From: a virus
Lineage: Duplodnaviria; Heunggongvirae; Uroviricota; Caudoviricetes
Length of the DNA: 33,827 nucleotides
IMG/VR virus record: IMGVR_UViG_2758568661_000004
Reading direction: 5' to 3' (one strand)
The notes under the pieces were generated by a model, which saw only the letters and a list, made by a program, of their open reading frames with translations, was not told where the DNA came from and searched no databases. Positions 8,925 to 15,458 of this stretch are shown here, one piece after another. The translations under genes and the position numbers were made by a program. How positions within the stretch are numbered: position 1 is the first letter of the stretch; every line of letters starts with the position of its first letter.

Positions 8925-9263
8925 ATGGAATCTTCTGCATCGGCCGGTACGTATCACCTGCACGCTGAGCAGGACGATGCCGTTGCGTATTGGAGCCAGG
9001 AGGCTGTGGCCAGTGAGAAGGCGTTCCGGAAGGCCCGATGGTCGTTCATCCCGGTGATGATGTTGGCAGCCGTGGTTGTTGGCACGGCGGCGCCGTCCAT
9101 GTTTCGTATGGGTGGCACCGCGGTGGCCGTGTTCGTTGCCGCTGAGGTGATTCTCGTTACCGGGTTCGTTACCGCTGAGGTGTTCCGGTTCCGCCGGCGG
9201 TCAGCGTGGAAGCGCCGAACCGCCTTGGCTGTGGAGTACCTGAGACGCGCTTACGCGCTGTAA
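8925..9263 (+). CDS. Small membrane protein (2 TM), probably leaderless
   Basis: ATG at 8925 is 8 nt after CCTGCGCATG; two hydrophobic segments and a basic tail. Confidence 0.7.
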   Translation: MESSASAGTYHLHAEQDDAVAYWSQEAVASEKAFRKARWSFIPVMMLAAVVVGTAAPSMFRMGGTAVAVFVAAEVILVTGFVTAEVFRFRRRSAWKRRTALAVEYLRRAYAL

Positions 9264-9304
9264 GGAAGACCGAGGATCGTGGAGGCGGCTGCCCGCGACA
9301 GCTT

Positions 9305-9655
9305 TCAGGCGCGGCCGAGTAGGACGTCGTACCGGTTCTGAGCTTCGAAGAAGGCGGTGACCGCGTTCCGGGAGCGGCGAGCGGCCTTGGTGTCACGCAC
9401 AGTCTGGATGATCGACAGGATCAGGAACACAGAGCCGATGAGGGTGAAGAGGCGTAGCCAGTCCATCCCGTTGATGTTGGCGGTCAGGGACAACCCGAAA
9501 CTGATGATCCCGAGGAAGGACCACCGCACCGTCGCAATGATGCTCCGATGAGGCATCGCGTTACGGGCAGCGTCCATCTCCTCGCGGGCGAGGAAAAGTT
9601 CCCGTTCCGCGGCGAGGATAGCGTCCCCCTCAGCCAGCTGTGACGATGCGCTCAA
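9305..9655 (-). CDS. Small membrane protein (2 TM)
   Basis: TTG start with RBS GGAAGGGA; two hydrophobic segments. Confidence 0.7.
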   Translation of the reverse strand: MSASSQLAEGDAILAAERELFLAREEMDAARNAMPHRSIIATVRWSFLGIISFGLSLTANINGMDWLRLFTLIGSVFLILSIIQTVRDTKAARRSRNAVTAFFEAQNRYDVLLGRA

Positions 9656-9688
9656 CAGGTTCCCTTCCTGAGTCGATGGTATCTGTGC

Positions 9689-10186
9689 TTAAGCGACGAC
9701 GCGCATGACGTCGTAGATGTCGATGTCCCGCTCCTGCAACCGTTCACGGACGAGGAGTGCAAGCCTTCTGTTGTTCAGGAACAGGTCCGTCCACTGGGTG
9801 CGGACAGCGTCAACATCGTCGCTTCCGATCAGGGTGTCGAACTCATCGGCCTTCTCGCTGATCGCCGACTCGTTGGTCTCGTCGACAGTCTCGTTGTGAA
9901 CGTCCATCGCCCGGTTCCACACCCGGATGCAGGTGGGGCAGGCAACACCGATCGGGGTGGGCATCGGCTCGGTGGATGTGCTCCCGACGTGCCGGCCGCA
10001 CAGTGATACCGGCTGGAAGAAGCCGAAAGCGATGTGGCGGGTGAACGCGCCGGCAGCCCAGACGGGGCTGGTGAGGCCGTCGGCGAGCTTCTTCGCGATG
10101 AGGGAGTCGGCGTCCCTTCGGACCGTCCCCATCTTCCACAGTGGGGCGATACGCCGTCCGGGTCTGATGTTCGCGTTCGAGGTCAT
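9689..10186 (-). CDS. Hypothetical protein with H...C...CxxC putative zinc-binding motif, probably leaderless
   Basis: ATG at 10186 (MTSNANIRPG) is 8 nt after the class I motif; RHIAFG...SLCG...ACPTC. Confidence 0.7.
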   Translation of the reverse strand: MTSNANIRPGRRIAPLWKMGTVRRDADSLIAKKLADGLTSPVWAAGAFTRHIAFGFFQPVSLCGRHVGSTSTEPMPTPIGVACPTCIRVWNRAMDVHNETVDETNESAISEKADEFDTLIGSDDVDAVRTQWTDLFLNNRRLALLVRERLQERDIDIYDVMRVVA

Positions 10187-10194
10187 GACTGTTC

Positions 10195-10205
10195 CATGCG
10201 CAGGA
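10195..10205 (-). promoter_or_regulatory. Class I motif TCCTGCGCATG
   Basis: TCCTGCGCATG-GAACAGTC-ATG(10186). Confidence 0.8.
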
Positions 10206-10217
10206 CTGGTGCGTAGC

Positions 10218-10736
10218 TCACCGGGGTGCCACTGCACCGTCTGGGATGGTGGGCGCGGATCCGGGCCAGTCACCGAGCTTGCCGAAAGTCGCACCGTCTA
10301 TGGCCGGGTCGAGGTAGATGACGAGCGGGTCTGTGTCCTCGCGTGGTTTGATCCAGCCGCCATCAGCGAGGGCGTCAGCGATGTTGAATGTGTCCCCGGC
10401 ACCGGCCACGACGGTGAGGATTACCCCTTGGTCTGGTTCGGTTCCATCAACAGACCAGGCCAAGCGGATGAGGTAGTCCGCGAACATGGTCGGGTCTGCA
10501 ATCTTGTATCCGTCCTCGAGGAATGCGGTGACGGCGATGTCATGACCGTCTCCCATGTCCTCCACGGTGACGGAGGTGTGCACAAGACCGTCAACATGGG
10601 CGAGGCTGTCAGCAGCTGCTGAGGCGGTCAACGGTTCCGGTGCGGGCGCGGGCGCGCAGGACGTCAACAGCAGGACCGCGCCGATGGCGGCTGCGGCCAG
10701 AGCGCGACGGTAGGTGCGTGGTTCCACACCGTCCAC
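10218..10736 (-). CDS. Putative lipoprotein
   Basis: RRALAAAAIGAVLLLTS|C lipobox and a Pro-rich linker; exact start uncertain. Confidence 0.7.
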   Translation of the reverse strand: MDGVEPRTYRRALAAAAIGAVLLLTSCAPAPAPEPLTASAAADSLAHVDGLVHTSVTVEDMGDGHDIAVTAFLEDGYKIADPTMFADYLIRLAWSVDGTEPDQGVILTVVAGAGDTFNIADALADGGWIKPREDTDPLVIYLDPAIDGATFGKLGDWPGSAPTIPDGAVAPR

Positions 10737-10760
10737 TGTCGGGTGTTCCGTGCCTTACCG

Positions 10761-11264
10761 TCAGGCGGCAGCCGCTTCGTCCGTCACATCCACCCATTCG
10801 ACCTCGTCGAGGTCTTGGGTGTCGATGATGTATTCGTCTTCGTTTCGGCCGGTGATCCTGGCGAGGACGAACTCGCGGGCGACGGTGAGTTTGTACACAC
10901 GCCCGGTCTTGTCGCCGGGGAGGATGCCGGTGAACCTGTTCGCGAACCAGCGGGCTGTGTTGATGTCACCGGTCCATGCCATGCCATCACGGCGGTCAGG
11001 GATCGCTCCCCGGTACACAGTCACCCAGTCCGGGAGGGTTTCACGGTCGGCTGGTTTCCCGTCGATGACGTAGTCGGCACGGTCGAACATCGCCATCCAC
11101 ACACCCTGGGTCAGCAACCGTTCCGGGTACTCCGCACCGGACCATGCTTCGCAGACCGCGTCTGCAAGCTCCACAGCAGTGAGCTTCTCGAAGTTGTACG
11201 CCAACGCTTCCGGCAGGTCGTTCCGACCGAGACGGCTGGCGAGTTCATTCCATGTTGTGACCAT
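10761..11264 (-). CDS. Hypothetical protein with ADP-ribosyltransferase-fold-like motifs
   Basis: VYRG...GMAWT..INTARWFA...NEDEYII; RBS AGGAGG. Confidence 0.55.
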   Translation of the reverse strand: MVTTWNELASRLGRNDLPEALAYNFEKLTAVELADAVCEAWSGAEYPERLLTQGVWMAMFDRADYVIDGKPADRETLPDWVTVYRGAIPDRRDGMAWTGDINTARWFANRFTGILPGDKTGRVYKLTVAREFVLARITGRNEDEYIIDTQDLDEVEWVDVTDEAAAA

Positions 11265-11289
11265 TCAGGACACCTCCTGCCCGGGACAC

Positions 11290-11299
11290 TATGCGGTCC
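11290..11299 (-). promoter_or_regulatory. Degenerate class II motif GGACCGCATA
   Basis: GGACCGCATA-GTGTCCCG, then RBS AGGAGG and the ATG at 11264. Confidence 0.4.
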
Positions 11300-11331
11300 A
11301 CGGAGGGTGTGGAGATTTTCCCGGGTCGGGC

Positions 11332-11565
11332 TCAGCTGAGCTGGTTGAACTGCTTCAGTTTCTGGTTCGCTTCGGCCAGCTGTGAGGTCAGTTCAGCGAC
11401 AGTCTGTTCCAGGTAGGCGATCTTCTGTGCATCGGTCACCAGCTCCGATGGGCTGACGTACACGAATCCGCCCGGATGGTTCAGCTGGGCGGTGATCTCC
11501 TCGGGACTCATCTTCGTCCACACGGTATCCGGACCCATGACATCCATTGGATTGGGATGTTTCAT
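11332..11565 (-). CDS. Small hypothetical protein with coiled-coil tail (77 aa)
   Basis: MKHPNPM start overlaps the upstream stop (ATGA). Confidence 0.65.
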   Translation of the reverse strand: MKHPNPMDVMGPDTVWTKMSPEEITAQLNHPGGFVYVSPSELVTDAQKIAYLEQTVAELTSQLAEANQKLKQFNQLS

Positions 11566-11783
11566 GCTGCGTCCGCCATGGTTACGTTCCCCTTGAGGCA
11601 GTCCGGGCACACTTCTGACTGTGGGATGCGCTCCACGGGCGGCGGGTAGACGATGCCTCCGCCGCATTTGACCGGCTGGAACTCGTCCTCCGGCTTGCCG
11701 TCGAGCAGGTGGTAGACAACCGTGTCCGGCGCTGGGTACTGGGCGATGCGTTCAGCAACAACCTTGCGGATGCGGTCAGCCAT
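11562..11783 (-). CDS. Small H...C...CxxC putative zinc-binding protein (73 aa)
   Basis: YHLL...VKCG...VCPDC; RBS GAGGAG. Confidence 0.7.
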   Translation of the reverse strand: MADRIRKVVAERIAQYPAPDTVVYHLLDGKPEDEFQPVKCGGGIVYPPPVERIPQSEVCPDCLKGNVTMADAA

Positions 11784-11832
11784 GTCACTCCTCGTGTCAG
11801 TCAGGGGGATTCCCTGATTCTTTCACCACTGT

Positions 11833-11843
11833 CATGCGCAGGA
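11833..11843 (-). promoter_or_regulatory. Class I motif TCCTGCGCATG
   Basis: TCCTGCGCATG-ACAGTGGT-G..., then a leader with a hairpin and RBS to the ATG at 11783. Confidence 0.75.
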
Positions 11844-11858
11844 TGGCTGGGATCCCGG

Positions 11859-12188
11859 TCAGGCTTCGATGGGACGCCAGTTCAACGCTGCAGTCTTCGC
11901 CACCTTGACGGCTGTTGCCTGCGCCTCAGGTGCGGCCACATCCCAGTCCCCGTGGATGGTGTGCGCGAGCTCGACCACCCGGTGTGGAGGGACGTCTTCC
12001 GGTGATGCTGTCGCTGGCCCCCACCCGGCATCGGCGACCTTCTGGGCGGTCGCCCGGTACGCCTCTGCGTAATGACGTGGGAGCTTGTCGAACGGTGCAT
12101 CCCCGCCGACAAGGTTCACGTGGTTGTAGAGGAGTTCGGCGAGGCCTTCGACAGCTTCGGGTGTGGCGGCGTTCATGCCCGAAGTCAT
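11859..12188 (-). CDS. Hypothetical protein (109 aa)
   Basis: ATGA-coupled to the upstream gene; two similar helical halves (LAELLYNH / VVELAHTIH). Confidence 0.65.
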   Translation of the reverse strand: MTSGMNAATPEAVEGLAELLYNHVNLVGGDAPFDKLPRHYAEAYRATAQKVADAGWGPATASPEDVPPHRVVELAHTIHGDWDVAAPEAQATAVKVAKTAALNWRPIEA

Positions 12189-12625
12189 GCGGCGGACAGC
12201 TCGGCAGGCTGCCCTTCCGCCGGGCGGAGGGACTGGGCGAGGTACCCCATTCGGTGCTGGAAGAAGTCGTACACTTCCACAGCGAACCGGGACTGCTCCA
12301 TGTACAGGTAGCGGGCGTTCTCGTTCTCAACGTCCGTCCACGGAGCAAGGTGTTCGGTGAGCGCCGCAACCATGTACGTGTCGAACCAGTCGGCTGCAAG
12401 TTCGTCAACGAAATCAGCAAGCCTGTCATCGTGGGCGGATGCCCCGGCGTCGATGATCGCGCGGACCCGCTCCCCCGCATCCGGTTCGCCAGTCACAGCG
12501 TTGATCTGGTCGAGCTTCTGTTCCGCCGCGGCCAGCCGGGCGCGCAGGCGTGGAATGTCGAACTCGTCCGGGTCTGCGGTGGTCAGCTTTGAGATTTCGG
12601 TGGCTGCCACGATCAAGGACCCCAT
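12185..12625 (-). CDS. Hypothetical protein (~146 aa)
   Basis: Tightly packed in the minus-strand operon; start overlaps the upstream stop; start could be the GTG at 12610. Confidence 0.65.
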   Translation of the reverse strand: MGSLIVAATEISKLTTADPDEFDIPRLRARLAAAEQKLDQINAVTGEPDAGERVRAIIDAGASAHDDRLADFVDELAADWFDTYMVAALTEHLAPWTDVENENARYLYMEQSRFAVEVYDFFQHRMGYLAQSLRPAEGQPAELSAA

Positions 12626-13086
12626 GACGGTTCGCTGTCACCAGCAGCACGGCGGTCTCGCCCAAAGGCCGGCTCGATACGTCGGATGCCGGCGGCTGCG
12701 AGGGCGTCGCGTTGCCGTTCCAGTTCTTCCGGGGTGATGCTCTGACGTCGGGTGGAGCGTCGCCCCTCAGCGGACTTGATGACGAGGAACGCTGCACGCC
12801 GGCGAGGCTTCTTCTGCCGCGGTTCCGCTGCGCGCCATCCGATCACGGCGACACCCACACCGGCAAGCACAGTGAGCAGTCCAATGCCGACGAGGAACGT
12901 CACGGCCAGCCATGCTGGCCATTCTGCTTTCATGCGGCTCCCAGCGAGGATGGTGCCCTGCAGATCCCCGTCCACGCGGTTCAGCACGAGGATTGATCCG
13001 AGTCCGATGAGGATCCCGATCACGGCGAGGAGCGCCCCGACGAGGACAGAGCGGGTACGGGTTGGTCGCTGAGGTTCTACCGCCAT
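12613..13086 (-). CDS. Membrane protein (2 TM, basic C-terminal tail)
   Basis: MAVEPQRP start with RBS AAAGGA/GGAG inside the end of the subtilase gene. Confidence 0.7.
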   Translation of the reverse strand: MAVEPQRPTRTRSVLVGALLAVIGILIGLGSILVLNRVDGDLQGTILAGSRMKAEWPAWLAVTFLVGIGLLTVLAGVGVAVIGWRAAEPRQKKPRRRAAFLVIKSAEGRRSTRRQSITPEELERQRDALAAAGIRRIEPAFGRDRRAAGDSEPSWGP

Positions 13087-14558
13087 GACTCCGGTCCTTT
13101 CGATGGTGGTACGTAGCTGTCCCACGGGGACGGCGAACGCCCCGCCTGAATATCAGGTTGCGGTCCAGGTGGGGCTTCCGTGTAACCGGATGCGTCCAGC
13201 TGAGACGGACCAGGAAGTGTGCTCCGCTTCCTCCTCTTCCGGAGGACGACAATGAGTATCACGATCCCTGCGATGATCGCTCCGACGAACGGGACGCCGA
13301 CGATCAGCGCGAGCTTCGTGATGTCAGCTGACAGCTTCGCCTGCCGGGCGGCGTCTTCCTTCTCACCCTTCTCCTCCCAGCTGCTGTCCACGACTTCGGC
13401 GTCCGGGTCTTCCTCACCGTTGATCTCCCACATCTCCGGCTCGAACCCCTTCTTGTCGAAGATGAACGGGTTCTTGTCCTCGTAGGCAGATGGGTCGTTC
13501 CGCAGCATCGCGGTCGCTGACGCGATGCCGTACCCGCCGAACTTGTCCCAGTACAGTTCGTGGTCGCCGCCGTTCGTGTTGTAGATCAACGACTGCAGCA
13601 GCTGGTTCGTGGTTGCGTCAGGGTACTTCTGCTTCGCCAGGGAGATGAACCCGGCGACGATCGGGGTGGCGTACGAGGTGCCGGAAACCGGGCCGACGGT
13701 GTCCAGCAGTCCGGACGGTCCCGCCATCAACCCGGTCATGTGCAGGCCGGGGCCGGCGACATCCACCATGTCGCTGTTGTTCTCCGTGACGTTCCCACCG
13801 ATGCTTGTGGTGTTCGGGTTCGCGTCGCTGTCGACCGACTCGACACCGATGACACCGTTCGCGTCAGCAGGGAAGCTTCCGAGGTCGAAAGCAATAAGGC
13901 TGTTCGGTAGACCGCCGAGGATGATCACGTCATGCTGGATGGCGTACGCAACCGCGGAGTATTCGATCCGGCTACCGAGCGTCGAGAAGGACATGCTGAT
14001 GATGTCGGCACCGTCATCGACAGCGTCCGTAATGGCGTCAGCGACATGCGTTTCGGATTTCGACCCGTCCTTCGTCAAGCATTCGCTTTGATTCTCGTCG
14101 CCGGCGTCCGGGTTAGGGATCGGGGTGAAGACGTTGTACAGCAGTACCTTCGCGTCCGGGGCGACACCCTTCTGGGACGGGACACCTTTCACCGGCGCTC
14201 CGTTCCCCGCCAAGAACAACGCGATGTTCGTCATGTGCTGGGAATCTTCACCTGCGGACACTGGGTTCACGCGTTTGCCGTCATGGTCGTAGCAGTAGGA
14301 CTTCTTGTGCATGGTGACGTCAGCGTCAGCCAACCCAGGGGTGTCCATGTCTGCTTGTGAGTCGAGGACGGCGATCGTCACACCCTTGCCGGTGAACCCG
14401 GCGTCGTGGGCTTCTTGGATGTGGAAGTCGTCGAAGTAGAAGTTCAGGTTGTCGCCAGGGGCAGCGGAGGCCGGGGACGCCGAGACAGAGAAGGTAAGCG
14501 CGGCGGCGACAGCTGCGGCGCTGGCGATGCGGGCTGCACGGTTCAGGTGGTTAGGCAT
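13077..14558 (-). CDS. Membrane-anchored S8 subtilisin-like serine protease (mycosin-like architecture)
   Basis: Signal peptide; catalytic D (IAVLDS), H (QHMT), S (GTSYAT); C-terminal TM followed by RKRRKR and a Pro-rich tail. Confidence 0.85.
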   Translation of the reverse strand: MPNHLNRAARIASAAAVAAALTFSVSASPASAAPGDNLNFYFDDFHIQEAHDAGFTGKGVTIAVLDSQADMDTPGLADADVTMHKKSYCYDHDGKRVNPVSAGEDSQHMTNIALFLAGNGAPVKGVPSQKGVAPDAKVLLYNVFTPIPNPDAGDENQSECLTKDGSKSETHVADAITDAVDDGADIISMSFSTLGSRIEYSAVAYAIQHDVIILGGLPNSLIAFDLGSFPADANGVIGVESVDSDANPNTTSIGGNVTENNSDMVDVAGPGLHMTGLMAGPSGLLDTVGPVSGTSYATPIVAGFISLAKQKYPDATTNQLLQSLIYNTNGGDHELYWDKFGGYGIASATAMLRNDPSAYEDKNPFIFDKKGFEPEMWEINGEEDPDAEVVDSSWEEKGEKEDAARQAKLSADITKLALIVGVPFVGAIIAGIVILIVVLRKRRKRSTLPGPSQLDASGYTEAPPGPQPDIQAGRSPSPWDSYVPPSKGPESWR

Positions 14559-14587
14559 GATTCTCCGGGGTCAGTGTCCCTGTAAGA

Positions 14588-14597
14588 CATGCGGCAG
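14588..14597 (-). promoter_or_regulatory. Class II motif CTGCCGCATG
   Basis: CTGCCGCATG-TCTTACAG, then RBS GGAG and the ATG at 14558. Confidence 0.6.
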
Positions 14598-14603
14598 ACA
14601 GTC

Positions 14604-14825
14604 CTACCGGTCGAAGTTGGCTCGGCCGGCTTTCAAATCCTCAACGACCGCCACGACCAGTTCGGCGTAATGGGCGCCTTCCACTTTGCGGACGTGCTTC
14701 TTCCGCTTCCGGCCGTCCGGGGTTTCGATACTCAAAGACTTCACCTTGTCCCGCATCCGCCGGTTCGCGCGTCGGTTCTCGTTGTCCGCGACCGGGTTGC
14801 CGGTCTTCTCATCGAACGGCTTCAT
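14604..14825 (-). CDS. Small basic hypothetical protein (73 aa)
   Basis: RBS AAAGGA; TGATG overlap with the upstream ORF; K/R-rich. Confidence 0.65.
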   Translation of the reverse strand: MKPFDEKTGNPVADNENRRANRRMRDKVKSLSIETPDGRKRKKHVRKVEGAHYAELVVAVVEDLKAGRANFDR

Positions 14826-14995
14826 CAGCTGAGGATCCTTTCCAAGGTTGCTTGCGCGTCCGCGTCACCATGAGCTGCGTCGTACCGCAAGGCAGCCACG
14901 CGAGGCTTGTAGCTGCACAGCTCATTGATCACCGCATGCGCTTCAGGGGCGAGCAGTTCAACAGCTTTCACCTCAGGGTCAACAACCTTGTTCAC
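14825..14995 (-). CDS. Small hypothetical protein (56 aa), absent from the ORF track
   Basis: MNKVVDPEVKAVELLAPEAHAVINELCSYKPRVAALRYDAAHGDADAQATLERILS*; GTGA overlap at the start and TGATG overlap at the end; fills the gap exactly. Confidence 0.7.
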   Translation of the reverse strand: MNKVVDPEVKAVELLAPEAHAVINELCSYKPRVAALRYDAAHGDADAQATLERILS

Positions 14996-15366
14996 GCTGC
15001 CACCTTCTCCGTCTCGAAAAACGACAGCAGATGGTCGGCAAGGTCATGGAACTGCTGCGGCGCCCACGGCTCACGAGCATCACGTGCCACCAGCTGATGA
15101 CGCGCGATCGCCTCCGCGAGACGGGCACGCGGGGTGTCCTTCGCCGGTTCCAGGAACTCGTACGGTTCCACATCGGGAGCGCCGAGCTCGGCGACGCAAT
15201 CGGGGCAGCGGTCACCGTGTGTTTTCGCGATGAACCAACCCCGATGCTGGAACTCAGCCAACGTCGGCAGGTCCTGTTCACGCCATGCAGGAGCGGATCG
15301 GGTGGTGCAGCCTGGGCGGTCGCACAGCATCGCCCAGACTTGTTTGCGGAGCAGTTGGCGGGACAT
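14992..15366 (-). CDS. Hypothetical protein with CxxxxC...CxxC putative zinc finger
   Basis: Start MSRQLL (15366) with RBS GAGGA; LCDRPGC...RCPDC. Confidence 0.7.
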   Translation of the reverse strand: MSRQLLRKQVWAMLCDRPGCTTRSAPAWREQDLPTLAEFQHRGWFIAKTHGDRCPDCVAELGAPDVEPYEFLEPAKDTPRARLAEAIARHQLVARDAREPWAPQQFHDLADHLLSFFETEKVAA

Positions 15367-15419
15367 TTTCGGGTTAGTTCCTCGGTGGGGCTGGATGGGT
15401 TCGGTGTGACTATCGGGTG

Positions 15420-15453
15420 CCACGGGGCGGCCGGTCAGGTGACCACCCCGTGG
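15420..15453 (-). terminator. Hairpin after the helicase-methylase gene
   Basis: CCACGGGG...CCCCGTGG with an inner GGTC/GACC stem, a few nt after the stop at 15459. Confidence 0.5.
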
Positions 15454-15458
15454 AACAT

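Noticed and set aside
12186-12195. CCGCCGCATG resembling class II
   Set aside because: It is the GCC-GCA-TGA/ATG stop-start overlap of two coupled genes, and the spacer lacks the class II pattern.
14852-14860. GACGCGCAAG-like variant upstream of 14825
   Set aside because: It falls within the 56-aa CDS and deviates from the consensus.
5784-15419. CCGATAGT upstream of the 5714 and 15366 starts, resembling a FliA/WhiG -10 element
   Set aside because: Only two copies, no TAAA-type -35 element, and one overlaps a hairpin; too weak to call.
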